Source of the DNA: an uncultured Actinomycetes bacterium
GTDB lineage: Bacteria; Actinomycetota; Thermoleophilia; UBA2241
Assembly: GCA_963755025.1 (NCBI GenBank)
Contig: CAVWIH010000013.1
Coordinates: 32,001-96,000, forward strand
Length of the DNA: 64,000 bases
Reading direction: 5' to 3'
In this document: piece by piece, positions 18,696 through 29,746 of the stretch
Layout: each line of letters begins with the position of its first letter
Position numbering within the stretch: position 1 is the stretch's first letter
The notes under the pieces: generated by a model
Seen by the model: only the letters and a program-made list of their open reading frames with translations
Databases searched by the model: none
What the model was told of the DNA's origin: nothing
Translations under genes and position numbers: made by a program

Positions 18696-19063
18696 TCGTG
18701 GACGAGGCAGTCCTTGACCCCTGCCAGTTTGCAGCGCGCTTTCGAGCGATTGTGCCGCTTACGCAGGAGCGCGAGCTCGACGTGCGCCATGCGGAGTTCC
18801 AACGGCAGATGTACCGACGCGTCGCCGAGAGCCTGCCCGACATGAGCATCACCGCCGCGATGGCGCGTTTGGCAGAGGAGATCGCGGTGCTGCCTCGAGC
18901 CGAACAGTTGCGCCTCCGCCTGCAAAAGGTAGCCGTGCTCGAAGGGCTCGGCTACGCAAACGCCGAGGAGCTAGTGGAGGCCGCTCTGACGCTTGCCGAC
19001 CAACTCGGCGAGCAGGCGGTCTCGATACTTTGCTCGGCGGGGGGCCATCGTCGTGGCCACTGA
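18692..19063 (+). CDS. Hypothetical protein
   Basis: GTGA overlap with the previous gene; helical ORF. Confidence 0.5.
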   Translation: MIVDEAVLDPCQFAARFRAIVPLTQERELDVRHAEFQRQMYRRVAESLPDMSITAAMARLAEEIAVLPRAEQLRLRLQKVAVLEGLGYANAEELVEAALTLADQLGEQAVSILCSAGGHRRGH

Positions 19064-20070
19064 ACCCACATCCGACAGACCGTGCCCGCACTCGTACTCT
19101 GGTCCCGAGATCGCCCTGATGGTGTTCCCCCCGTCGATCCTGTGGTCCATTACGCTAAGCGGGGCTCGATCTTCGATCTGGTCGGCCAATCCAAGAAGGG
19201 CAAGACCACCTTCACGCTGCTCGCCTGCCGGGCCGTGCTCGCCGGCGAGCCCTTCCTCGGCACGCAGACCACGCGCGTCCCGGTGCTGTACCTGACCGAG
19301 CAGACGCGACCCAGCTTCCACGACAAGCTCGAGAGCGTCGGGTCCCTCCTCGAGCAGTCCGATTTCCGCGTACTGTTCATCGCCGACGCCACGGGCCTGG
19401 CCTGGCCCGAGATCTGCGAGATCGTACGCGCGGAGGTGCGCCGCCACGGCGTCGGTCTGGTCTACATCGACACGCTTACCGACTGGGCCCGCATCGAGAA
19501 TGAAAACGATGCCGCCCAGGCGCTGGCCGTGATGCGCCCACTTCGCCAGATCGCCGAGGATGGCGTGGCCGTGGTCACCGTCCGCCACTCTGGTAAGGGC
19601 AACCACGACGAGCAGGACGTGATCGACGCGGGCCGCGGCTCCTCGGCCTTCGCCGGCGTCGTTGACACGCTCTGCGTGATGGGCGCCGTGAGGGGCCAGG
19701 GCCACGCTAACCGACGCCAGCTTCGCCTGGTGAGCCGCAAGGACGGCATCCCCGCCTCGCTCACTGTCGAGCTCGAGGCGGGCGAGTATCGCTGCCTCGG
19801 CGACCGTGCCGACGTCGAGTGTTACTTGGCCAAGGAGGTTGCCCTCGACAATCTTCCCGATCGCTAGAGCAGGCCTGGACCGAGCAGCAGATCCTCAAGG
19901 CGGCTGGCAAGGCGTTATCGCGCTCGACGCTCAAGCGCGCCCTCACTGACCTCATGCGCGAGGGCTGCGTCTTCGGCAAGAAGGGCGCCGGTGCCGCGAG
20001 CGCCAAGGCCATCGGCTACTGGCTCAGTGACGGCCCGGGAGAACAGATGGGGCTCGGTCGTAATGAATAG
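19053..20070 (+). CDS. AAA_25/RecA-like (RepA-type) helicase with C-terminal winged helix; frameshifts ~19085 and ~19860
   Basis: Walker A GQSKKGKT, VLYLTE, Walker B LVYIDT, RHSGK, RGSSAF; tail in ORF 19819..20070. Confidence 0.8.
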
Positions 20071-20277
20071 CCTCCCCGCGACGCCTCTGCCGGCGGCCGG
20101 CCGCCAACTGTCCATATATAGAGAACTAGTACTGGACAGTTGCCGGCCCGGTGTCTTCCTTGACTCTCGGTTGGCTGCCCGGCCCCCGGCCGAAGGCCTT
20201 GGGGGCCGGGACAGCAGACACTCGAAAGCAGTCAAGGCCCTCAATGAGCGGTGGGGCCGGGCAAGCAGAGCGTCGTC

Positions 20278-20478
20278 GTGAGCCAAGTCCCGCCGGGCCG
20301 CTGGCAGGCCTTCACCGCCGTCGCCGCATTCTCGAGGACTGAAAAGGTGCTTGTGGTCTGCGAGTCACAGACGGTGCGCCGCCAGTATGAGCGCGCCGTT
20401 CTCAGACTCGGCGGCAACCTCGACAACGTGATCTTCCGCGTCGTCCCGGGTGTGTCCGCAACCAGGACTACGTCCTGA
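20278..20478 (+). CDS. Small hypothetical protein
   Basis: Protein-like ORF SQVPPGRWQAF..GGNLDNVIF within the co-oriented operon. Confidence 0.45.
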   Translation: MSQVPPGRWQAFTAVAAFSRTEKVLVVCESQTVRRQYERAVLRLGGNLDNVIFRVVPGVSATRTTS

Positions 20479-20604
20479 GCGTCTTGCGCGAACGCGTCAT
20501 CGTCCAATCACGGCATCCACCGTCAGCCGATCGCGCCGAAACCAAGAGGCGTGCCGTCGATGCTCGTCGGATCACAGCTTTGCTCACTACCGAAAGGAGA
20601 TCTC

Positions 20605-21980
20605 ATGTCCGTTGAGTCCATCACCTTGGCGTCTATCGTCGTCGCCGGGCTTCACCGTAAGGAACTCGGCGACATCGAGGCGCTGGCCGCCTCGATCGAC
20701 GAGCTCGGCCTGCTGCAGCCGATCGGGGTGACGCCCGATCGACAGCTGCTCTTCGGCCGGCGCCGCCTCGAGGCTTGCCGACGGCTCGGCTGGGAGGAGC
20801 TTCTTGCGGTTGTGCTGCCCGATCTGGGCACGGCGGTAGATCGCCTGAAGGCCGAACGAGACGAGAACGTCTGTCGCAAGCAGATGACGCTGAGCGAGCT
20901 CATCGCTGTCGGCAGGCGGCTCGAGGAGATTGAAGAGCCGGAGGCACAGGCGAGGAAGCGGGCCGGCAAGGCCTTAGCGTCATTTGACGCCAAGGTCGGC
21001 AAGACCGACAACCTGGTGGCCGCCTGCCTCGGCATGAGTGAGCCGAACTACCGGCGGGCGAAGCGAGTCGTCGAGGCTGCCGAGAACGAGGCGGCCTCCG
21101 AGGACGTGCGCCGCGTCGCGCGGGAAGCCCGGGAGCGGATGGATGCGACCGGTCGAGTCTGGGGTTCCTTCCGCAAGGTGCGCGAGGCGAGCAGCGAGCC
21201 AACGGTGACCGGGCTAGCGATGAGACTTTCCCCCCGAACGGGGCTCAGCGCCACGGGCACAGTGACACGCCCGACCGCTTCGTAGCGCGCATCGTCAGGC
21301 AGCTGGGCCCCGTCCTTGACGCCGCCGGTGTCTCGAGTCTCGAACTTGGTGGTTACGAGGCGACAGAAGAGCAGCTGGCGACGATCGCAAAGGCGATCAC
21401 TCTGCTGCAGGCGCTGCGGCGGCGGTTGACAGGGGCGACCGGCACGCCCGAGGCCGAGACGGATGCCGATACCGAGCCCGATACCGAGCCCGATCTCGGG
21501 TCTTCGCCGAATCTAGACGCAGGCGCTGCTGCCACCGTTGCGACCACGTCTGCGACGCCGGTCAGCGACGTGCGGGCCGTGACCAGTGCCACGGGCGGCG
21601 AGATTGGCGCAACGACGCCCATCCAACCGACTGCCGAGGCCGCTCCTGCGCTCTACCCCCGCGATGAATTCGAGCGGTCGCTGCTGCAGTCCGCGGCCGA
21701 TCAAGCGGCCGAGAGGGCCGTCCTCGGTGCCGATGAACTGGCGGCCGCGCTCTTTATGCCCCGTGCTCGCGCGGAACGCTTGCTTGAGATGCTGAGCGGT
21801 GCCGGGATCTGTGAGAACGAGGGCCAACGCCGTCGGGTGATCGTCGACCCTGAAGCCGTGAACGCGAAGCTGACCGTGTATCTGGACCGGGCGAACAGCG
21901 AACTCGTCGCGAACGGCCCGCAGTCTACGGCCCTCGTGGAGGACCGCCAGCGCGGCACCGTCGAAGGACGGCAGCTATGA
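20605..21980 (+). CDS. ParB/Srx N-terminal domain protein, probably one gene with a frameshift ~21200-21260; C-terminal FtsK-gamma-like winged helix
   Basis: LAASIDELGLLQPI..GRRRLEA..EN..R; second frame is open from ~21260 to 21980; AAGGAG RBS. Confidence 0.7.
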
Positions 21981-23283
21981 AGGATCCGACTCCGGATCGC
22001 TGGCGGAGCCGCATCACCGGGAGCGGCGCCGTCAAGGTGGGCGAGGCCAGACCCCACGCCCTCAACTTTCGCATCCACCCGGCTCACCAGTCCGCCGCCC
22101 TTGCGGCCTCACTCGACCAGGTCGGCTGGGTCCAGCAGGTCGTGGTCAACACGACGACCGGCAACATGATCGACGGTCATCTGCGGCTCGAGCTTGCCCG
22201 CCAGCGCGGCGAGTTCGAGTTGCCCTGCCTGTTCGTCGAGCTCTCCGAAGACGAGGAGCGCCTCGTGCTGGCGAGCCTCGACCCGATCGCCGCCATGGCA
22301 GAGGCCGACCGCGCCAACTGCAAGAGCTGCTGACCTCGATCCAAGGCGAGGGCGAGCAGGTGCGCGGCCTGCTTGAGGCGATCGCACGGCAGGAACGCAT
22401 CGAGCTTCCAGGGGTTGGGGGTCTGGTCGACCCCGACGAGGTACCCGAGGTGCCTGAAGAGGCCGCGACCAAGCTGGGTGACCTCTGGCTGCTCGGCCCC
22501 CACCGGCTCCTTTGCGGCGATTCCACGACGGCCGAGGACGTGCGGCGTCTGATGGCCGGCGAGCGCGCCGCTCTGATGGCCACTGATCCACCGTACCTGG
22601 TCAACTACCAGGGCGGCGCCCATCCGACAAGCGAGGCCAACAGGGGCGCCGCCACCAAAGACAAGCTCTGGGACACCTACATCGACCACGAGCACTCGGT
22701 CGAGTTCTACGTCGAGTTCCTGCGTACCGCCCTGGATTGCGCCCTGACCGAGGACGCTGCCGTCTACCAGGCCTTCGGCATCATGCGCACCGAGGTCATC
22801 TGGCAAAGCTGGCGGGAGGTCGGCTTGCTGCCCCATCAGGTGCTCATCTGGCTAAAGAGCCGCAGCGTGCTCACCTACAGCCGCTACATGTGGAACTACG
22901 AGCCGCTGATGTACGGCTGGCGCGAGGGCCACATGCCGGCCACCAAGCCGCCGGCCGACGCCAAGGCCGTCTGGGAGATCGGCAGCGCGATCGAAGACGG
23001 CGCCGGCTCGATCCATCCCACGATGAAGCCGGTCGAGCTCATCCGTCGGCCGATCGGCTACCACACCACGCCCGGCGGGCTGATCTACGAGCCCTTCTCG
23101 GATCCGGCACCGCGATCGTCGCCGCCGAGACAGCGGCCGGCACTGCTACGCGCTCGAGCTCTCGCCCCGGCTTCGTCGATGTTGCCGTGTCCGTGCACGG
23201 TTCACGGTGGCCAGGCGACCCTCGAGGGCGACGGCCGCAACTTCGCAGAGATCGCCGCCGAGCGTCTCGCAGGCTCCAACTGA
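21977..23283 (+). CDS. Phage-type DNA methyltransferase (ParB-like N-terminus + N4/N6 MTase); frameshifts ~22320 and ~23100-23200
   Basis: IDGHLR, LGPHRLLCGDST, DPPY, HPTMKP, EPF.GSGT. Confidence 0.85.
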
Positions 23284-23299
23284 GGTCCGGTGAAGGTCC

Positions 23300-23683
23300 A
23301 TGACCGTGCGCACAGGACAGGGCCGCAAGCGCAGCCTGGCGATCGCCGCCCTGCTTAACTTCCCGACGATCGCCTACGCCGCCCAGAGTGCTGGCATCAG
23401 CGAGTCCACTTTGTCTCGCTGGCTGCGCGAGGAGAGCGTCGTTACCGAGTATCGCCTGGCGCAGCGCGAGGCCCTGCGCCAGGCGATCGCCACCCTGCAG
23501 GCCGCAGCCGGCTCGGCGGTCACCGTGCTGCGCGCCGCCATGCTTGACCAAAGCGCCACGTGCGCCTCGCGGGTGGCCGCGGCGCGCGTCGTGTTGGAGT
23601 TCTCCTTCCGCGGCGCCGAGATCACCGACCTCGAGGAACGTCTCGCCAGCGGCGCCGACGGCGATCTCGACCTGTCGGCCCAC
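23300..23683 (+). CDS. HTH protein resembling terminase-small-subunit-like proteins of satellite elements; 3' end abuts IS481
   Basis: AIAALL..TI..AA..AGISESTL.RW..RVAAAR..LE..DLEERL; frame reads on into the IS to 23797. Confidence 0.6.
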
Positions 23684-24397
23684 CTAGCTGTTCAGCTCCA
23701 TGACCTTGTTGACGGCTTCGAGCCGCGCCATCGGCGTCAGGCCACCCAAGCCGCCATGCGGACGATAGCCATTGTAGTAGGCGAGGAAGCCCGGTAGGGC
23801 TGCGATCCGTTCAGCCGTGGAGTCGTAGGGCCGCCGGTAGGCCCAGCCGTTCTGCACGATCTTCACGAAGGCCTCGGCCTTGCCGTTGGTCTGCGGATGA
23901 TAGGGCCGCGTGTAGAGCTGTCTCAGCCCGTGGCCGGCTGCAGCCGCGCGGAAGAGGTGCGAGTGGTACTGCATGCCGTTGTCGGTGAGCAGGCGCCGCA
24001 CCTCGATGCCGTGGGCCGCAAAGAAGGCCAGGGCGCGCTCCAGGAAGGCCGCCGTGCTTGTCGGGCGCTCGTCTGTGAGCTCCTCGGCGTAGGCCAGACG
24101 AGTGGTGTCGTCGACGGCCACGTGCACGAGGTCCCAGCCGATGCCGCGGTTCCTGCGGCTGCGCTCGGCAAAGCGCCAGCCGCCGCCCTCCCCGATGCGC
24201 CCCAGGCGCTTGGTGTCTATGTGCACGAGGTCGCCGGGGACCGGCCAGCAGTAGCGCACGGCGGTCGCCCTCGCGCACAGGTCGCGCAAGCGACCAAGCC
24301 CCAGGCGCCGCAGGGTGCGGTAGACGGTCGAACCGGCCAGTCCCAATCGCCAGGCGATCGGCGCTGGCCCGAAGAGGCGCAGGCGCAGCGAGATCAC
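23684..24397 (-). mobile_element. IS481-family transposase, 5'-truncated
   Basis: HIDTK, AVDD.TR, LTDNG, RPYHPQTNGKAE, YN..RPH, ends VNKVMELNS*; N-terminal HTH missing. Confidence 0.85.
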
Positions 24398-24422
24398 CGG
24401 TCGCAGCGAGGCGCCGCTCAGA

Positions 24423-25295
24423 CGTGGTCAAAGCTGGGCCAGAGTCGCCGGCGGCGACAGCAACGCCATCGCCGCAAGCGATGCCGACCACGTCTGGGCA
24501 TTCGGCGACGGCATCGTCTCCACGGTGAACGGCCCAAGCGGCGATACAGCGCCGCCCCAGACCCTCGATGATGCCGACGGGGATTGGCACCGTACGTCGG
24601 TGACGATCACCCTCTCTGCCAACGACACCGGTGGCTCCGGCGTCCAGACGACGCAGTACTCGCCAGACGGCGGTGCGACCTGGCAGACGGGCACGAGCAT
24701 CTCGGTGCCGGCCCCGGCCGATCACACAAACGACGGCCTGCACACCTTCCTCTACCACTCGACCGACAAGGCCGGCAACGTCGAGGCCACCGAGATCTGC
24801 GGGGTGGGCATCGACACCCTGGGGCCGGCTTGCGGCGCGCCCAAGGAGCCCGTGGCGGGCACCGACAAGTCGGCCATCATGCGCTTCAAGGCAAGCGATG
24901 CCACAAGCGGCGTGGCCGAGGCCACGATCAAGATCGAGAGGCGCAGTGGGCACGTCCTGAAGACTCTGGTCAGCCGCTCTGGCGATTGGGGCGGGGGTTC
25001 GATCCCTTACTACTGGCTGCGCTTCACCTGCAAACTGAAGCCCGGCCTCTATCGCGTCGTCGTGCAAGCCAAGGACTTCGCCGGCAACAGCCAGGTGACC
25101 ATCGGGCGCAGCTGGCTGCGGGTCAAAGCGAAGGCTCCCAAAGCCGAGGCGCCTGATTGGCCGGCGGGACTTCCCCAAACCGGTCAGGAGGGCGACACGC
25201 CCGCTGCGGCCGGGCTGCACTTTGCTCCCGGCACCCTCCAGCTACTCCGCCACGAGCCGTGGGAGGCATGGCGCGCGGCAGCCGCGAGACCGTGA
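24423..25295 (+). pseudogene. C-terminal part of a YCF48/BNR beta-propeller surface protein plus shared Ig-like module; no start of its own
   Basis: Frame reads GQSWARVAGG..DADHVWAFGDGIVST..DTAPPQT..APADHTNDG. Confidence 0.7.
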
Positions 25296-25551
25296 ACTTT
25301 GACAGAAGCCCCGGTCGCAAGTAAGGCGCCGCACGTCGACCGAACGTAATCGACGGGAGGCGACGCCCAGCTCATTAACGGCGTCGGCAACCCGGCCGGC
25401 TCAAGAAGGCGCACCGCGTCCGAAGGTGCCGACTCCGGCGCTCATCGGGTGACCGGTGATCCGGTAATGGACGCTGAACGGCGTTGCTTCTGGCTTCCGA
25501 TAAGCGCGACGTATCGAAGCCAGCGACGCCTCTTCGTCACGCTGGTGTGGT

Positions 25552-26319
25552 TCACTCGGACCGCTTGCTCGCGCTGACCAGGGGCGAATGATGGCCCGGC
25601 AGGCCGTACCAGGTCCGCCAGTCGAGCCTGCGTACAGAGACGTCTGTGCCTCCGGCGAGACGCAGCGTCTCGACGTAGCGCTCAGCGCCGGGGGGGTCGA
25701 CCAGGCGCAGCCGGCCACCGGGCCGCAGCACCCGGACCATCTCGCGCAGGGCTTGGTCGCGGCCCTCGCGGTCTGGGATGTTGTGAACCGTGAGGTTGCT
25801 CACCACGACATCGAAGGAGTCACATGGGAAGGGCAGGTCTCGCGCGTCTGCCTCGACGATCTCGACCTGCTGCTGCACACCCTCAAGAAGCGCATTGCGC
25901 TCGGCTGCGGCGCGGCTGTTGCCGTTCTGGTCGCGGCGCCGCCAAATGTCGGCACCGACGGCGCGGCCCTGCGGCAGGCGGTGGGCTGCGAGGATAAGGA
26001 CCGCGCCACGCCCGCAGCCGACGTCGAGAAGCTGCTCGTCGCCGCGCAGGCTAAGTTCGTCGAGCAGTTCGGCCCAGAGCGCGCGTTTGCCCGGGCCGGT
26101 CGAGTAGAGGAAGCTGGCGGCTGAACCGGCGACCACGCCGGTGGCGAGCCCGGACAGGGCGGCCGTGACGAACCGGCGGCGACGCAGGGCCCACAACGCG
26201 CAGCCCCCGAGCAACGTCCCGACGGTCGCAAACACCGAGACGCCGATGAATCCGCCTTCGATGCCGTACCCGGCGCGTTTGGTGCGACCCAGCGCCGCCC
26301 CTCTTACGAACTTCAGCAT
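25552..26319 (-). CDS. Class I SAM-dependent methyltransferase with N-terminal TMs
   Basis: LLDVGCGRG, DARDLPF..SFDVVVS, RVLRPGG. Confidence 0.9.
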   Translation of the reverse strand: MLKFVRGAALGRTKRAGYGIEGGFIGVSVFATVGTLLGGCALWALRRRRFVTAALSGLATGVVAGSAASFLYSTGPGKRALWAELLDELSLRGDEQLLDVGCGRGAVLILAAHRLPQGRAVGADIWRRRDQNGNSRAAAERNALLEGVQQQVEIVEADARDLPFPCDSFDVVVSNLTVHNIPDREGRDQALREMVRVLRPGGRLRLVDPPGAERYVETLRLAGGTDVSVRRLDWRTWYGLPGHHSPLVSASKRSE

Positions 26320-26642
26320 GAGGTCAGCCTAGCATCCGGTGGGGGCGAGGTCGACGGTACCGTGTAGCAGCGTCCGTGTATCAGAGCGTGGGTGTCCTGG
26401 TCAGCTCCCGGTGTCGGCCGTTGGTGGCCCGCGGCGAATGCGAGAGGCGAAGTCGGCCGGGCCCACTGACCCGATTGGGGAGCGGCCGCAGGCAGCGATT
26501 TCAGCGCTTAGGGGCCGCGAGGCTGTCGTAAATCCGCCCCACGCCGCGACGGCGCGCTGCTGGCCGCGTGGGGCGAGCGGGTCATCGGTGGAGTCGTCTC
26601 GCCCCGGCCGGCTGACGTTCACAAAAGGCGATTTGTCCGTCG

Positions 26643-27161
26643 TCAGAGTGTGGGCGTATCTGTCATCAGACGCACATCCTGCATCGGCATGAACAGGTGG
26701 AGAGGGTGCGTCGGCGACTCCTCAAAGCCGTAGCGCTCATAGAACCCACGAACGTGATCATCCTTGGCGTGAACCAGCACGGCTCGTGCTGCAATCGTGT
26801 CTGCTACTTGCGCGCAGCGTAACAAGGCGTTGACAAGCATCGCCTCTCCAGGCCGCTTACTTTGTTCCGACCGATCGACAGCCAGGCGCCCAATCAAGAA
26901 AACAGGGATAGTCGAGTAGCTCGGCGTTTCGGCCAAGCGGGGAGTGACCTCTGCCCGGTCGACCGACGATGCGGCAAGACTGTAGAAGGCAACGACTCGA
27001 CTGCCGCGGGGGGCGACGAACGTCCGCGCATTGTCGGCCTCCTGGTCAAGAACAGCTCGGCCCGTGAGGTAGCGGTTCAGGGCGTCGACACTGCAATCAA
27101 ACTCTCGGACGTCGTGACTGTTGTTTAGAGGCTCCGGTTCGAAAAGCGCTTCAGCGCTCAA
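26643..27161 (-). CDS. GNAT acetyltransferase toxin (TacT/AtaT type)
   Basis: HDVREFDC..LN.YL, IGRLAVD, LVHAKDD..FYERYGF. Confidence 0.8.
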   Translation of the reverse strand: MSAEALFEPEPLNNSHDVREFDCSVDALNRYLTGRAVLDQEADNARTFVAPRGSRVVAFYSLAASSVDRAEVTPRLAETPSYSTIPVFLIGRLAVDRSEQSKRPGEAMLVNALLRCAQVADTIAARAVLVHAKDDHVRGFYERYGFEESPTHPLHLFMPMQDVRLMTDTPTL

Positions 27162-27350
27162 CGAACGGGCTCGGCCTAGAGGCGGCTGCCCTCAGGGCGT
27201 CAGGGACGCGCGCCGGCCGTTCCAACAGCGCCGTGAACTCGCTCCACTTGTCGGGCGGAAGAACAAATCGCGTCTGGTCTGCCAGAACGTCCTCAGCCGA
27301 GCGAAGCGCAGCCTGCCGCATGAACTGGCTAACCGGCACCTGGCTCGCCT
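27151..27350 (-). pseudogene. DUF1778 (TacA) antitoxin, C-terminal part, fused in frame to the upstream propeller fragment
   Basis: VSQFMRQAALRSAEDVLADQTRFVL..WSEF..LLERP; overlaps the toxin start. Confidence 0.75.
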
Positions 27351-29178
27351 TGCTAGTCGCCCAGATGCCATCGCCGCCGACCCAGCCCTGGCTTGCGTCG
27401 AGGAAGTGCACACAGGTCGGGTAGGCGCCAGCAGGCAGTGAGGAAACGGTCTTCCAGGTCGAGCCGCCGTTGGTGGTTTGCAGCACGGCTGGCGTGCTGG
27501 AGCCTTGGGCCACGGCCCAACCGTCGCTTGCGTTAAGGAACTGCAGGGCGCTGACGTCCTGCACGCCGGCGGGCAGCGTCTCGGCGCTCCAGCTCTGGCC
27601 GCCGTCGGTGGTCCTGTAGATGGCCGCCACCTCGGCACCGGAGTTCGTGCTGTAGTTGCCGCCGACCCAGCCCGTCGTATCGTCTGAGAAGCTGATGGCC
27701 GTCAGGCTGGGGTTGTCGGGCACGTACCCGGCGGCCCAGGCAGCACCGCCGTCGGTCGTGCGCTCGATGGCAGCGTTGGCCCCCGAGCCGAAGCCGAAGG
27801 GCATGTCGCTGATCGCCCAGCCATCGTTTGCGTCGGCGAACTGCACGCCGGTGAGCTCGCCGGCCAGGACCGAGGGCTGTGGCGACCAGGTCGTGCCGCC
27901 GTCGCTTGTGTGGAAGATCACGCCACTGGGTGGCTCAGCGATAGAGTTGGTGGCGCCCACCAGCCAGCCGTCGTTAGCGTCGGGGAAGCTCAGCGCGCTG
28001 AGCTGCTGGGACCACCTCAGCGGGCTTGCCTGCTCTGACCAGGTGGCGCCGTCTGTGCTGTGCAGCAAGGCACCGTTTTGATCGGCGGCCCACAGATCGG
28101 AAGATGTGACGGCGACACCGTCTTGCAGCCAGTAGAGCTGACCGGAGCTTTGCGCCTGCCAGGTGGCGCCATCGTCTGCGGAGGTCAGGATGCCCCGGCC
28201 GACGGCGCACAGCGAGGCGCCACTGCCGGCGACCGCCACGGGCTCGACAGACACCCCGACGTGGGCCATCGTCCAGTGAGTGCCGCCGTCGGTCGTGGTG
28301 GCCAGGGTGGAGACATATTGGGCGTTCTCGGGCAGGGCGCCTGCACTGCCGGAGACGATGCCGATCAGTGCACAGGACGAGCGACTCTGGGCGTACAACG
28401 CTCCGAGCCCCTCGTTGGGAAAGCGGCGGACCACCTTCCACTGCCGGCCGCCGTCGCTGGTCGCAAGGACGCTGGCGACCGTCTCGTTGCCGCTACTGTT
28501 CGCGAAGGCCCAGCCATGGTCTGCGTCGACAAACCTGCAGCCGGCGCCTTCGGCGAAGTGGCGCGCGACGAGGCTCCAGCTTGCTCCGCCGTTGGTCGTG
28601 CGCCACAGATCCCCCGTCAGCAGGCCACTTGCCCAACCGTGACTGGCATCGACGAAGTCGACGACGAGGTAGTCCTTGGAGGTGCCGACGTGCACGGCGC
28701 TCCAGGAGCTGCCGCCGTCTGTCGTGCGATACACATAGCCGCCGCTGCTGCCCAGCCAGCCGTGGAGGTCATCGACGAAGGAGACGCTCATCAGGTAGCG
28801 GCTCAGCCCCGCCGGTGTGCAGCTGCTCCAGGTGGAGCCGCCGTCGCTCGTTGTAACGACGGCAGAGGGGCCGCAGGCCCAGCCGTGCTGGGTGTCGGCA
28901 AAGCTCACTGAAGCGAGATCGGCGAGCGTACCCGACTGCTGCGCGCTCCAGGTCACACCGGCGTCGGTGCTGTGCAGGATCTCGCCGCCGGACCCCACCG
29001 CCCAGACATCGCTCGGGCTTGCGAAGGTGACATCGTTGAGATCGCCTGCCGGCTGCGGCGTCTGCCAGAACCAGCCCTGGGTGCCATCGTGGACAGAGGC
29101 GTGGGCCGCAGGAGCGGCCACTGCCGCCAGGCAGACAACGAGAATCGCGACGCAGACCGCAGACCAGAACCGCTTCAT
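27351..29178 (-). pseudogene. YCF48/BNR-repeat secreted beta-propeller protein, C-terminally truncated
   Basis: Signal peptide MKRFWSAV..; many T.DGG.TW and F.D...GW repeats; breaks after GIWATS. Confidence 0.8.
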
Positions 29179-29505
29179 GGTGTCCCCCCCAACTGGCTCG
29201 AATGCTGATGTCGATAGTACAGCCTTGCCGCTGGAAAGACAGAGCGCAGCCCAATAGCCAGACAACCAGCCATGGTGAACGACTGTGATGTCGTCATCAG
29301 GGGCGCCAACACCCCGATCGGCGGCAGAAAGCCGATAGTCATGAGCGCCAGCCGCTTGAAGTCGAGATTGCCGACACGATGCCGACAAGACGCATCGTCA
29401 CAGCCCGGCACGGCTCGATGCCTGTGAGCACCAGGCCACGCCAGAACCCTGGACTATGCAGCACAATCGCGTCCAGCCAAATACCGCCGGGCACTGTGAA
29501 GTCAC

Positions 29506-29551
29506 GTCTGCAAAACCTTAATCGCCGGTTCGACTCCGGCCGCCGCCTCCA
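29506..29551 (+). other. tRNA-Cys(GCA) 3' fragment: att-site core
   Basis: CT-GCA-AA ACCTT AATC GCCGG-TTCGACT-CCGGC CGCCGCC T CCA; 5' half absent. Confidence 0.85.
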
Positions 29552-29746
29552 AGAAAACACCTGCTCAGGGCGTTTTCTCTGCTCCGTGACCTCCCTCCCG
29601 AAGCCGTGATCGGCACCGCCGGCCCTTCGTGCAGCGCGGGCTTGGCGTGGCGCACCCGGTTCCCACTTGTCCTGCCGGCAGAAGCGAGTATGGTGCGCCC
29701 AGGCGGGCCGTCTTCACCCGCGCCCCACTTTCCGTAAGGAGGCAAC

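Larger units (their letters stand above)
7047..29551. mobile_element. Integrative, satellite-like element (~22.5 kb) with tyrosine integrase
   Basis: Bounded by tRNA 3' fragments; TGCCGAC 11-bp-period repeats at both ends (7113-7130, 29369-29386); int/xis/helicase/ParB/MTase/TerS-like core. Confidence 0.75.

Noticed and set aside
29470-29551. Complete tRNA-Cys gene
   Set aside because: No 5' acceptor strand, D-arm or 5' anticodon stem upstream; only the 3' half is present.
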